64,000 nucleotides of DNA, from assembly GCA_903884425.1 (NCBI GenBank), contig CAISEP010000001.1:25922-89921 (forward strand). The letters run 5' to 3'. Positions within the stretch are counted from its first letter, which is position 1. Each line of letters opens with the position of its first letter. The notes under the pieces were generated by a model. The model was not told where the DNA came from. It did no database searches and worked only from the letters and a program-made list of their open reading frames with translations. This document shows, in pieces, positions 20,156-30,429 of the stretch. Position numbers and translations under genes: made by a program. This stretch comes from an uncultured Caulobacterales bacterium (GTDB taxonomy: Bacteria > Pseudomonadota > Alphaproteobacteria > Caulobacterales > Caulobacteraceae).

Positions 20156-21430
20156 TCAGCGTTCGCCGGAGAGTTCCAGCACTTCCTCGAAGGTCCGCAG
20201 ACCCGGCCGCTGGGCGGTGACCAGCACCCCCATGTTTCCGGGGGCATGGCGGTTGTCGAGCATCTTCTCGTGGGCGTCGGGGATCTGCTCCCAGGTGAAG
20301 ACCTCCGACAGGCAGGGGTCGATGCGCCGCTCGATCACCAGCTGGTTGGCGGCGGAGGCCTGTTTCAGGTTGGCGAAGTGGCTGCCCTGCACCCGCTTCT
20401 GCCGCATCCACAGGAAGCGGGCATCCATGGTCAGGTTGAAGCCGGAGGTCCCGGCGCAGATCACCACCATGCCGCCCCGCTTGGTCACGAACACCGAGAC
20501 GGGGAAGGTCTGCTCGCCGGGGTGTTCGAAGACCATGTCCACGTCCTTGCCGCCGGTGTGCTGCCACAGGGCCTTTCCGAACTTTCGGGTCTCCTTCATG
20601 TAGTCGGCGAACTCCGGCCCGTTGACCGTGGGCAGCTGGCCCCAGCAGTTGAAGTCCTTGCGGTTCATGACCGCCTTGGCCCCCATGGACAGCACGAAGT
20701 CCACCTTCGATTCGTCGCTGACCACGCCGATGGCATTGGCCCCGGACACGGCGCACAGCTGGCAGGCGAATACGCCCAGGCCCCCGGACGCCCCCCAGAC
20801 CAGCACATTGTCCCCCGGGCGCAGCACATGCGGCTCGTGCCCGAACAGCATGCGATAGGCGGTGGCCAGCGTCAGGACGTAGCAGCCGCTCTCCTCCCAG
20901 GTCAGGTGGCGCGGGCGGGGCATCAGCTGGCGGGACTGGACGCGGCAGAACTGGGCAAAGGCCCCGTCCGGCGTCTCGTAGCCCCAGATCCGCTGGCTGG
21001 GGGAGAACATCGGGTCGCCGCCGTTGCACTCCTCGTCGTCCCCGTCGTCCTGGTTGCAGTGAACCACGACCTCGTCACCCGGCTTCCAGCGGCGCACGCG
21101 GGACCCTACCGCCCAGACGATGCCCGCGGCGTCGGACCCAGCCACGTGATAGGGCTGTTTGTGCACGTCCAGCACGCTCACCGGTTCGCCCAGGGCCGCC
21201 CAGACGCCGTTGAAGTTCACCCCGGCGGCCATGACCAGCACCAGCACCTCGTCGTCACCGATGGTGGGGGTGGGCACCACCTCCACCTGCATGGCGGTGT
21301 TGGGACGGCCGTGCCGCTCCTTGCGGATCGCCCAGGCGTACATCTTCTCCGGCACGTGATAGGCCGGCGGCACTTCCCCGATCTCGTAGAGGTCCTTCTG
21401 GGCGCTGCTGGACAGGGTGGCGGTTGACAT
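20156..21430 (-). CDS. ccr: Crotonyl-CoA carboxylase/reductase
   Basis: 424 aa. It reads MYAWAIRKERHG.P..AMQVEVVP and NQDDGDDEECNGGDPMFSPSQRIWGYETPDG.FAQF, which is diagnostic for Ccr. It is divergent from ecm. Confidence 0.93.
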   Translation of the reverse strand: MSTATLSSSAQKDLYEIGEVPPAYHVPEKMYAWAIRKERHGRPNTAMQVEVVPTPTIGDDEVLVLVMAAGVNFNGVWAALGEPVSVLDVHKQPYHVAGSDAAGIVWAVGSRVRRWKPGDEVVVHCNQDDGDDEECNGGDPMFSPSQRIWGYETPDGAFAQFCRVQSRQLMPRPRHLTWEESGCYVLTLATAYRMLFGHEPHVLRPGDNVLVWGASGGLGVFACQLCAVSGANAIGVVSDESKVDFVLSMGAKAVMNRKDFNCWGQLPTVNGPEFADYMKETRKFGKALWQHTGGKDVDMVFEHPGEQTFPVSVFVTKRGGMVVICAGTSGFNLTMDARFLWMRQKRVQGSHFANLKQASAANQLVIERRIDPCLSEVFTWEQIPDAHEKMLDNRHAPGNMGVLVTAQRPGLRTFEEVLELSGER

Positions 21431-21711
21431 GTCTTTTCCCGATCTTGTTGATCTTGGATCCAGGTGAGAAGTGTTGCGCTGCAGAATGGCTGGCTGACGT
21501 AAGGATCAGGTAAAATCCGTCATCCCCGTCCCCCGGACGGTCGGATGCGGGCATCCCCGTATCAAGGCCCCTTTACGCTCAACACATTCGACCCCGAGGG
21601 TGTTATAGGCTTGCCGGGTTGGCAAGCGCATATTTTGCAGTGCAGCATAATGGTCGGCGAAGCGCGCGGACCCGGATCGCCCCCGCGGCGGCCGCAGGCG
21701 AGGAGACGAGA

Positions 21712-23724
21712 ATGGCAGATCGGTCCGGAACGGAGTCACAGGCCCGGCGGGACGCTCCGTGGATCTTCCGCACCTATGCGGGACACTCCACCGCGGCCAT
21801 GTCCAACCGCCTGTACCGGGCCAATCTGGACAAGGGCCAGACCGGGCTCTCCATCGCCTTCGACCTGCCGACCCAGACCGGCTACGACCCCGACCACGTC
21901 CTGGCCCGGGGGGAGGTCGGCAAGGTCGGCGTGCCGGTCAGCCATCTGGGCGACATGCGGGCCCTGTTCGACCAGATCCCCCTGGCGCGCATGAACACCT
22001 CCATGACCATCAACGCCACGGCGCCCTGGCTGCTGGCCCTCTATGTGGCCCTGGCGGAGGAGCAGGGGGCGGACCCCAAGGCCCTGCAGGGCACCACCCA
22101 GAACGACCTGATCAAGGAATACCTGTCGCGGGGGACCTACATCTTTCCGCCGCGGCCGAGCCTGCGGCTGATCTCGGACATGATCGTCTGGTGCTATGGC
22201 GAGACGCCGAAGTTCAACCCGATGAATGTCTGCTCCTACCACCTGCAGGAGGCGGGGGCGACGCCGGAGCAGGAGCTGGCCTTTGCGCTCGCCACCGCCA
22301 TCGCCGTGCTGGACGCCGTCCGCGCCGCCGCGCCGGAGCATGCGGCGGAGTTCGGCAAGATCGCCTCGCGCATCTCCTTCTTCGTCAATGCGGGCATCCG
22401 GTTCGTCACCGAAATGTGCAAGATGCGCGCCTTTACAGAGCTTTGGGACGAAATCCTCGCGCAACGCTATGGCGTGACGGAGGCCACCCAGCGGCGATTC
22501 CGCTACGGGGTTCAGGTGAACTCGCTGGGCCTGACGGAGCAGCAGCCGGAGAACAACGTCTATCGTATCCTGATCGAGATGCTGGCCGTGACCCTGTCCA
22601 AGTCGGCGCGGGCGCGCGCCGTGCAGCTGCCGGCCTGGAACGAGGCGCTGGGTCTGCCGCGACCCTGGGACCAGCAGTGGTCCCTGCGCATGCAGCAGAT
22701 ACTGGCCCTGGAGACCGACCTGCTGGAATACGAGGACCTGTTCGATGGCTCGCCGGTGGTGACGGACAAGGTGGAGGCGCTGAAGGCCGCCGCCCGGGCG
22801 GAACTGGCCACCCTCGACGCCATGGGCGGGGCGGTCGCGGCCGTGGAGTCCGGCTACATGAAGGCCCGGCTGGTGGAGAGCAATACCGACCGCCTGCAGG
22901 CCATCGAGAGCGGGGACATGACGGTGGTGGGCGTCAATCGCTACACCACGACGGAGGCCTCGCCCCTGACCGCCGGGGAAGGGGCCATCCAGCGGGTGGA
23001 CCCGGCCGTGGAGGCCGACGCCATCGCGCGGCTGCAGGCCTGGCGGGCGGAGCGCGATCCCGCCGCCGTGGCCGAGGCCTTGGCTGCCCTGCGCGCGGCC
23101 GCGTCCGGTGCCGACAACATCATGCCGCCCTCCATCCTCTGTGCCCGGGCCGGCGTCACCACCGGCGAATGGGCGGAGACCCTGCGCCAGGTGTTCGGCG
23201 AGTACCGCGCCCCGACCGGCGTGGGCGAGGGCGCGCGCTCCCCCGCGGGGGCTGACGCCCTGGCGGCCATCGAGGCGGTACGGGCGGAGGTGGACCGGGT
23301 GTCCGCGCGGTTGGGTCGCCGGTTGAAGCTGCTGGTGGGCAAGCCGGGCCTCGACGGCCACTCCAACGGGGCCGAGCAGATCGCCGTCCGCGCCCGGGAC
23401 TGCGGCTTCGAGGTGGTCTATGAGGGCATCCGCCTCACCCCCGCCCAGATCGTCAATGCCGCGGTGGAGGAGGGGGTCCATCTGGTGGGCCTGTCCATCC
23501 TCTCCGGCTCGCACATGGCCCTGGTGGGGGACGTGGTGGAGACCATGAAGGCCCAGGGCATCGGCGACATTCCCCTGATCGTCGGTGGCATCATCCCGCC
23601 GGAGGATGCGGCGAGGCTGAAGGCCATGGGCGTTGCGGCGGTCTACACGCCCAAGGACTTCGACCTGACCGGCATCATCGCCGACATGGTGCGGGTGGCG
23701 GAAGCCGCGTCGGACCCGGCCTGA
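21712..23724 (+). CDS. ecm: Ethylmalonyl-CoA mutase (B12-dependent acyl-CoA mutase, fused catalytic and cobalamin-binding domains)
   Basis: ATG 21712 has AGGAGA upstream. It reads PWIFRTYAGHSTAAMSNRLYRANLDKGQTGLSIAFDLPTQTGYDPDH and has a C-terminal GLDGHSNG B12 loop. It is paired with ccr. Confidence 0.87.
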   Translation: MADRSGTESQARRDAPWIFRTYAGHSTAAMSNRLYRANLDKGQTGLSIAFDLPTQTGYDPDHVLARGEVGKVGVPVSHLGDMRALFDQIPLARMNTSMTINATAPWLLALYVALAEEQGADPKALQGTTQNDLIKEYLSRGTYIFPPRPSLRLISDMIVWCYGETPKFNPMNVCSYHLQEAGATPEQELAFALATAIAVLDAVRAAAPEHAAEFGKIASRISFFVNAGIRFVTEMCKMRAFTELWDEILAQRYGVTEATQRRFRYGVQVNSLGLTEQQPENNVYRILIEMLAVTLSKSARARAVQLPAWNEALGLPRPWDQQWSLRMQQILALETDLLEYEDLFDGSPVVTDKVEALKAAARAELATLDAMGGAVAAVESGYMKARLVESNTDRLQAIESGDMTVVGVNRYTTTEASPLTAGEGAIQRVDPAVEADAIARLQAWRAERDPAAVAEALAALRAAASGADNIMPPSILCARAGVTTGEWAETLRQVFGEYRAPTGVGEGARSPAGADALAAIEAVRAEVDRVSARLGRRLKLLVGKPGLDGHSNGAEQIAVRARDCGFEVVYEGIRLTPAQIVNAAVEEGVHLVGLSILSGSHMALVGDVVETMKAQGIGDIPLIVGGIIPPEDAARLKAMGVAAVYTPKDFDLTGIIADMVRVAEAASDPA

Positions 23725-23826
23725 GGCGGTCGTCGCCGTCGAAAAGTCGTTGCCTTACCCCCGCGTCGCCGTGCCACTGTGGAACCCACTGGCAGGCAGC
23801 GGCCTGCGCCCACGGGGACCCCACGC

Positions 23827-24966
23827 ATGAGCGACGCCGTCACGCCCTTTGTCCTGAACATTCCCCAGTCCCGGATCGACGATCTGCATCAGCGGCTGGA
23901 CCTGACCCGCTGGCCGGAGAAGGAAACGGTGGACGACTGGTCCCAGGGGGCACCGCTGGCCAAGGTCCGGGCCCTCTGCGACTACTGGCGCAACGGCTAT
24001 GACTGGCGTCGGTTCGAGGCCCGGCTGAATGCGCTCGGCCAGTTCCGCACCGAGATCGACGGGCTGGGCATCCACTTCCTGCACGTCCGCTCCCCCCACG
24101 CCAACGCCATGCCGCTGCTGATGACCCACGGCTGGCCGGGCTCGGTGGCGGAGTTCATGAAGGTGATCGGCCCCTTGACCGATCCGGTGGCCCACGGAGG
24201 CCGGGCGGAGGATGCCTTCCATGTGATCGCGCCGTCCCTGCCGGGCTTCGGCTTTTCCGACAAGCCCACCGGCACCGGCTGGGGCGTGCCGCGGATCGCC
24301 ATGGCCTGGATCCAGCTGATGGCGCGGCTGGGCTATGACCGCTGGGTGGCGCAGGGGGGCGACTGGGGCTCCGCCGTGACCACCACCATCGGAGTGATCA
24401 ATCCCGACCCCTGTGCGGCCATCCATGTGAACATGCCGCTGGTCTATCCGGGGCCGGACGACATGGCCGACCTGACCCCCTTCGAGCAGAGCGCGCTGGC
24501 CGCACTGAAGCACTATCAGGACAAGGAGGCTGGCTATTCCAAGCAGCAGGCGACCCGGCCCCAGACCCTGGGCTACGGCCTGACGGACTCCCCCGTGGGC
24601 CAGGCCGCCTGGATCTACGAGAAGATGTGGGCCTGGACGGACAATGCCGGCCAGCCGGAGGACGTGCTGACCCACGACGAGATCCTGGACAACATCATGC
24701 TCTACTGGCTGCCGGCCACGGGGGCGTCGTCGGGACGGCTGTACTGGGAGAGCTTCGGCAGCTTCGGCAGCGTGCCGCTCGCCATTCCGACAGGGGTCAG
24801 CATGTTCCCGAAGGAACTGTTCCGTGCGTCCCGCCGCTGGGCGGACAAGCACATGTCCAACATCATCCACTGGAACCAGCTGGAAAAGGGCGGGCACTTC
24901 GCCGCCTGGGAACAGCCGGAGACCTTCGTTTCGGAGGTCCGGACCTGCTTCGCCAAGGTACGCTGA
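23827..24966 (+). CDS. Epoxide hydrolase (microsomal-type alpha/beta hydrolase with the EH N-terminal domain)
   Basis: It reads PFVLNIPQSRIDDLHQRLDLTRWP, GLGIHFLHVRSPH and THGWPGS, followed by an alpha/beta hydrolase body. Confidence 0.88.
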   Translation: MSDAVTPFVLNIPQSRIDDLHQRLDLTRWPEKETVDDWSQGAPLAKVRALCDYWRNGYDWRRFEARLNALGQFRTEIDGLGIHFLHVRSPHANAMPLLMTHGWPGSVAEFMKVIGPLTDPVAHGGRAEDAFHVIAPSLPGFGFSDKPTGTGWGVPRIAMAWIQLMARLGYDRWVAQGGDWGSAVTTTIGVINPDPCAAIHVNMPLVYPGPDDMADLTPFEQSALAALKHYQDKEAGYSKQQATRPQTLGYGLTDSPVGQAAWIYEKMWAWTDNAGQPEDVLTHDEILDNIMLYWLPATGASSGRLYWESFGSFGSVPLAIPTGVSMFPKELFRASRRWADKHMSNIIHWNQLEKGGHFAAWEQPETFVSEVRTCFAKVR

Positions 24967-24984
24967 GCATCTCTGCCATGCTGA

Positions 24985-25018
24985 CAAAAGAAGAGGCCGG
25001 GGATCGCTCCCCGGCCTC
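24985..25018 (-). terminator. Rho-independent terminator of glnA, with the hairpin shared by the convergent epoxide hydrolase gene
   Basis: A perfect 11-bp stem pairs GAGGCCGGGGA (24993-25003) with TCCCCGGCCTC (25008-25018) around the loop TCGC. On the minus strand it is followed by TTCTTTTGT. Confidence 0.72.
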
Positions 25019-25044
25019 TCGCATCTGATCTGAGGTTCAGCCGA

Positions 25045-26451
25045 TCAGAGGCTGTAGTACATGTCGAATTCCACCGGGTGCGGCGTGATCTCGAAGCGCT
25101 TCACCTCTTCCATCTTCAGCTCGATGAAGCTGTCGATGAAGTCGTCGTCCATGACGCCGCCCTTCTTGAGGAAGGCGCGGTCCTTGTCGAGGTTCTCCAG
25201 CGCTTCCCGCAGGGAGCCGCAGACTTCCGGCACATTGGCCTGCTCCGCGGGGGGCAGGTCGTACAGGTTCTTGTCCATCGGCGCGCCCGGATCGATGCGG
25301 TTCTCGACGCCGTCGAGGCCGGCCATCAGAAGCGCGGTGAAGGTCAGGTAGGGGTTGCCCATCGGGTCGGGGAAGCGGGTCTCGATGCGCTTGCCCTTGG
25401 GCGAGGACACCCAGGGGATACGGATCGAGGCGGAGCGGTTGCGGGCCGAATAGGCCAGCTTCACCGGGGCTTCGTAGCCCGGCACCAGGCGCTTGTAGCT
25501 GTTGGTGGTCGGGTTGGCGAAGGCGTTGATGGCCTTGGCGTGCTTGATGATGCCGCCGATGTACCACAGGCAGACATCCGACAGGCCGGCATACTTGTCA
25601 CCGGCGAACAGCGGCTTGCCGTCCTTCCAGATGGACTGGTGGCAGTGCATGCCCGAGCCGTTGTCGCCGAAATACGGCTTCGGCATGAAGGTGGCGGTCT
25701 TGCCATAGGCCGCGGCCACGTTGTGGATGACGTACTTGTAGAGCTGCATCCGGTCGGCCATGGTCAGCAGGTCGGAGAACTTCAGGCCCAGCTCATGCTG
25801 CGCGGGCGCCACCTCGTGGTGGTGCTTTTCCGGCTCGAGGCCCAGTTCGCCCATCACGGCCAGCATCTCGCCGCGCAGGTCCTGCCCCGAATCGATCGGG
25901 TTCACCGGGAAGTAGCCGCCCTTGGGACCCGGGCGATGGCCCATGTTGCCTTCCGGATATTCCCGGCCGGTGTTGGCCGGCAGTTCCTGGCTGTCGAACT
26001 CGTAGCCCATCTTGGTCGGGCTGGTGTTCCAGCGGACGTCGTCGAACACGAAGAACTCGGCTTCCGGGCCGAAATAGACCTGATCCCCGGCGCCGGAGGC
26101 CTTCACGTAGGACAGGGCCTTCTTGGCGATGGAGCGCGGGTCGCGGTTGTAGGGCTCGCCCGTGTCCGGGTTCAGCACGTCGCAGAACAGGAACATGGTG
26201 GTCTGCTGGTAGAACGGGTCGATATAGGCCGTCTTCAGGTCCGGCTTCAGCAGCATGTCGGACTCGTTGATGGCCTTCCAGCCGGAGATGGACGAGCCGT
26301 CGAACATGGTGCCTTCGGACAGGAAGTCATCGTCCACCAGGTCGATGTCGAAGGTCACATGCTGCAGCTTGCCGCGGATGTCGGTGAAGCGGACGTCAAC
26401 ATACTTGACCTCCTTATCCTTGATTTCCTGAAGAATTTCAGCTGGCGTCAT
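25045..26451 (-). CDS. glnA: Glutamine synthetase type I
   Basis: 468 aa. It starts [24 protein letters not shown], has a full GSI body and carries the adenylylation-region motif NLYDLPPAE. Confidence 0.97.
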   Translation of the reverse strand: MTPAEILQEIKDKEVKYVDVRFTDIRGKLQHVTFDIDLVDDDFLSEGTMFDGSSISGWKAINESDMLLKPDLKTAYIDPFYQQTTMFLFCDVLNPDTGEPYNRDPRSIAKKALSYVKASGAGDQVYFGPEAEFFVFDDVRWNTSPTKMGYEFDSQELPANTGREYPEGNMGHRPGPKGGYFPVNPIDSGQDLRGEMLAVMGELGLEPEKHHHEVAPAQHELGLKFSDLLTMADRMQLYKYVIHNVAAAYGKTATFMPKPYFGDNGSGMHCHQSIWKDGKPLFAGDKYAGLSDVCLWYIGGIIKHAKAINAFANPTTNSYKRLVPGYEAPVKLAYSARNRSASIRIPWVSSPKGKRIETRFPDPMGNPYLTFTALLMAGLDGVENRIDPGAPMDKNLYDLPPAEQANVPEVCGSLREALENLDKDRAFLKKGGVMDDDFIDSFIELKMEEVKRFEITPHPVEFDMYYSL

Positions 26452-26594
26452 GTGATGTGTTCCTGATCTGGATCCGTCGTTGCAACAATTGGCCGGTCAC
26501 CCGGCCCCGCGTCGGTCTGGCGCCAGGCGCCGGGAGCGACGCCGCCCCCTGTTCGTTGTCCGGCCGCCCCGCGATCGCGGGTCCGGCCGACGGT

Positions 26595-27008
<414 letters not shown>

Positions 27009-27168
27009 TCAACCCTCCCGGGACCGATGGTTTCAACCCACGCCGAAGGCGCCCATCTTTTGGGCAGAGGTGCCCATGAATGCGGCATGTCTGGTGGGTT
27101 GACCTTCCGCACTTGTGTGATGCGGTCGGCAGCCTAAGCTGTCTGTCCCTGCCATGCATCGAGCGTGA

Positions 27169-27780
27169 ATGACCCAGATGGCCCCTTCCGAATCCCTGTC
27201 CGAGTGCCCGTTCGTTCATCTCATCCGGCATGGAAAGCCCGCGTCCACCTGGGGGGATGCGGGGGCCGACCCGGACCCGGGCCTCGATGACGACGGCCGG
27301 GCGCAGGCCGAGGCCGCCGCCGCCGCGCTTCTGGCCCTGCCGTCCCATCTGCGGCCGGTGCGGGTGGTCAGCAGCCCCCTGCGCCGGTGCCGGGAAACGG
27401 CGCAGCCCCTGGCGGAGCGGCTGGGGGTCGAGGTGGTGATCGAGCCGGACGTGGCCGAGATTCCGACGCCGTCGAGCCTGTCCGCGGCCGACCGCCCCGC
27501 TTGGCTGCGCAACGCCTTTGGCGGGGTCTGGTCGGACATTCCGGGTGAGCTGGACTATGCCGCCTGGGCCGCCGGAGTGGCCGCCGCCTGTGCGCGGCAT
27601 CCGGGCGCGGCCGTGTTCAGCCATTTCGTCGCGATCAATGCGGCGGTGGGGGCGGCGCAGGGGGATGCGCGGGTCCGGCAGTTCGAGCCCGGCCATGCCT
27701 CCATCACCACCTTCTCCCTTCGCGAGGGCGGTCTGCGGCTGGAGCAGCAGGGGGCTGTGGCGGCCACCCAGGTGCTGTGA
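27169..27780 (+). CDS. Histidine phosphatase (phosphoglycerate mutase) family protein
   Basis: 203 aa with the RHG motif (LIRHGKP) and SSPLRRCRETA. Confidence 0.8.
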   Translation: MTQMAPSESLSECPFVHLIRHGKPASTWGDAGADPDPGLDDDGRAQAEAAAAALLALPSHLRPVRVVSSPLRRCRETAQPLAERLGVEVVIEPDVAEIPTPSSLSAADRPAWLRNAFGGVWSDIPGELDYAAWAAGVAAACARHPGAAVFSHFVAINAAVGAAQGDARVRQFEPGHASITTFSLREGGLRLEQQGAVAATQVL

Positions 27781-29282
27781 GCGGGGAACCGGAGGGGCGC
27801 ATGCCGATGACCGATCACCAGCTCCTGACGGTGGCCGAAATGACGGCGGCGGACGCGGCGGCCGTGGCTGCAGGCGTTCCGGTCGATCTGCTCATGCAAC
27901 GCGCAGGTACCGCCGTCGCCACGGCGATCCGGGCCCGGTGGACCCCCCGGCCGGTGCTGGTGCTGTGCGGCCCCGGCAACAATGGCGGCGACGGATACGA
28001 GACGGCCTCGGAACTGGCACGGCACGGCTGGACCGTCCGGGTCGCCGCCTCGGGGGACCTCTCCCGGCTGCGGGGCGCGGCGGCCGCGGCCGCCGGGCGC
28101 TTTGCCGGTCCGGTGGTGCGGATGGACGCAGCTGCCCTGGACGGGGCGGAGCTGGTGGTCGATGCCCTCTACGGGGCCGGCCTGACCCGGCCGCTGGGCG
28201 CGGCGGAGCGGGACATGCTGCGCCGGGCGGCGGAGCGGGCCCCGATCGTGGCCGTGGACCTTCCCTCGGGTCTGGCCGGAGACACGGGCACCGTGCTCGG
28301 CCATGCGCCGACGGCGGCCCTGACGGTCACCTTCCACCGCAAGAAGCCCGCCCATGTGCTGGAGCCGGGGCGCAGCCTGTGCGGGGAGGTGGTGGTGGCC
28401 GACATCGGCCTGGCCCCGCCGGTCCGGGGCCCGGGCAGCCTGTTCGAGAACCATCCTGACCTCTGGCGGCCCGCCTTTCCGCGCCCGTCGACGGTGGCGC
28501 ACAAGGGGGACCGAGGACGGCTGGTGCTGGTCTCCGGCCCCATGCACGCCACCGGGGCCTGCCGTCTGGCCGCGCGGGCGGGTCTGAGGATCGGGGCCGG
28601 GCTGGTCACCGTCGCCTCGCCACCGGATGCCCTGGCGGTCAATGCCGCCCAGCTGACAGCGATCATGCTCAAGCCCTTCCTGAACGAGGAGGAGCTGCAG
28701 CAGATGGCCGAACAGGTGGACGCCGTGGTCATCGGCCCGGCGGCCGGGGTCACGGAGGAGACCCGGCTGAACGTGCTGGCCTGCTGCCGGACGGGGGCGG
28801 CCATGGTGGTGGACGCCGATGCCCTGACCATCTTCCGGGACGATCCGGACGAGCTGTTCTCCGCCCTCGACCGCGACGACGTGCTGACCCCCCATCCCGG
28901 GGAGTTCGAGCGGATCTTCCCCGGCCTGCTGCGGACCTCGCCCAGCCGGATCGTCGCGGCCCGGTCGGCGGCAGCGACGGCGGGCTGCATCGTGCTGCTG
29001 AAGGGGCCGGACACGGTGATCGCCGGGCCGGACGGGCGGGCCGCGGTGAATACCAATGCCACGTCCTGGCTGGCCACGGCCGGGTCCGGGGACGTGCTGG
29101 CCGGGACCATTGCGGGCCTCATCGCCCAGGGCATGGACAGCTTCGAGGCCGCCTGCGCCGGGGTCTGGGTGCATGCGGAGACCGGCCGCCGGTTCGGGCC
29201 CGGGCTGATCGCCGAGGACCTGCCGGACCGCTTCCCCGAGGTGCTCCGAGACCTGCTGGTCGGGGGCGAGGCTGGGGCCTAG
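27777..29282 (+). CDS. nnr: Bifunctional NAD(P)H-hydrate repair enzyme (epimerase plus ADP-dependent dehydratase, YjeF/Nnr)
   Basis: The N-terminal YjeF_N domain reads [10 protein letters not shown]. The C-terminal carbohydrate-kinase domain reads GPGAG...[11 protein letters not shown] 27777 overlaps the upstream stop; ATG 27801 is an alternative start. Confidence 0.9.
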   Translation: MSGEPEGRMPMTDHQLLTVAEMTAADAAAVAAGVPVDLLMQRAGTAVATAIRARWTPRPVLVLCGPGNNGGDGYETASELARHGWTVRVAASGDLSRLRGAAAAAAGRFAGPVVRMDAAALDGAELVVDALYGAGLTRPLGAAERDMLRRAAERAPIVAVDLPSGLAGDTGTVLGHAPTAALTVTFHRKKPAHVLEPGRSLCGEVVVADIGLAPPVRGPGSLFENHPDLWRPAFPRPSTVAHKGDRGRLVLVSGPMHATGACRLAARAGLRIGAGLVTVASPPDALAVNAAQLTAIMLKPFLNEEELQQMAEQVDAVVIGPAAGVTEETRLNVLACCRTGAAMVVDADALTIFRDDPDELFSALDRDDVLTPHPGEFERIFPGLLRTSPSRIVAARSAAATAGCIVLLKGPDTVIAGPDGRAAVNTNATSWLATAGSGDVLAGTIAGLIAQGMDSFEAACAGVWVHAETGRRFGPGLIAEDLPDRFPEVLRDLLVGGEAGA

Positions 29283-30277
29283 GCGGCCAGGGCCTGACGG
29301 GCCACGTCGGCCACGATCTCGAAGGACCGGATCCGGGCCGCGTGGTCGAACATCTGGGTGGTGACGATGATCTCGTTCGCTCCCGTCCGCGCAGCGAAGG
29401 CGGCCAGACCCTGGGCCACCCGCTCCGGCCCACCGACCACCGACCGCTCCAGGGTCTCGTTCAGCAGGCCGTGATAGGCGGGGGGATAGAGGGCCTCGAT
29501 GTCCGCCACCGGCGGCGGCAGCGGGGCAGGGCGGCCCGTCCGCAGATTGACGAAGGCCTGCTGCAGGGAGGTGAACAGGTGAAGGGCCTCTGCGTCCGTC
29601 GGGGCGGCAAAGACGTTCAGTCCGGCCATGACCCAGGGCCGCTGCAGGGTCTCTGAGGGCTGGAACCGGCCCCGGTAGAGCCGCAGCGCCAGGTCCAGGT
29701 CCTGCGGCGCGAAGTGGGAGGCAAAGGCGAAGGGCAGGCCCAGCGCCGCAGCCAGCTGCGCCCCGTAGGTGCTCGATCCCAGGATGTACAGCGGCACCTT
29801 CAGCCCCTCGCCGGGCACGGCATGCACCGCCTGGCCCGGGGCCGGATCGCCGAAATAGGCCATCAGCTCCATCACGTCCCGGGGGAAGTCGTCGATGTCG
29901 CCGGTCAGGGTCCGGCGCAGGGCCCGGGCGGTGACCTGGTCCGTTCCCGGGGCCCGGCCGAGGCCCAGGTCGATCCGGTCCGGATAAAGGCTGGCAAGGG
30001 TGCCGAACTGCTCGGCAATCACCAGGGGGGCGTGGTTGGGCAGCATGATGCCGCCGGCCCCGACGCGGATGGTCTTCGTGCCCTCGGCCACGAAGCCGAT
30101 GGCGACGGCGGTGGCGGCACTGGCCACGCCGGGCATGTTGTGATGCTCCGCCAGCCAGTAGCGGCGATAGCCCAGCCGCTCCGCATGACCGGCCAGGTCG
30201 CGGCTGTTGCGCAGGGCCCGGGCGGCATCCGCGCCTTCGGGGATCGGTGACAGGTCGAGGACGGAGAGCTGGGTCAT
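29279..30277 (-). CDS. LLM-class (luciferase-like) flavin-dependent oxidoreductase
   Basis: 332 aa. It reads LSVLDLSPI...[23 protein letters not shown] and IMLPNHAPL, which places it in the YhbW-like family. Confidence 0.88.
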   Translation of the reverse strand: MTQLSVLDLSPIPEGADAARALRNSRDLAGHAERLGYRRYWLAEHHNMPGVASAATAVAIGFVAEGTKTIRVGAGGIMLPNHAPLVIAEQFGTLASLYPDRIDLGLGRAPGTDQVTARALRRTLTGDIDDFPRDVMELMAYFGDPAPGQAVHAVPGEGLKVPLYILGSSTYGAQLAAALGLPFAFASHFAPQDLDLALRLYRGRFQPSETLQRPWVMAGLNVFAAPTDAEALHLFTSLQQAFVNLRTGRPAPLPPPVADIEALYPPAYHGLLNETLERSVVGGPERVAQGLAAFAARTGANEIIVTTQMFDHAARIRSFEIVADVARQALAA

Positions 30278-30429
30278 GCCCTCAATATAGGCGCATCCCC
30301 GGCATTTTCAGCCGTTTTGTCGGGGGACGCGCGTCGATATCGGACCGGAGATTGACGCATCCGTGAATCCTTGTCTCCCTGCCCCGGACCAGGGCGATGG
30401 GCCGCGGTGCAGTAACAGGACCCCCGGAC

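Noticed and set aside
21619-21639. Sigma54-like string TTGGCAAGCGCATATTTTGCA upstream of ecm.
   Set aside because: The GG and GC dinucleotides are separated by 14 nt rather than the canonical 10, so it does not fit a -24/-12 promoter.
26480-26496. Sigma54-like GGCC-aattgt-TGCA (minus strand) upstream of glnA.
   Set aside because: The GG-to-GC spacing is 9 nt, one short of the canonical 10, and the -24 element reads CGGCC rather than TGGCAC. This is a near miss only.
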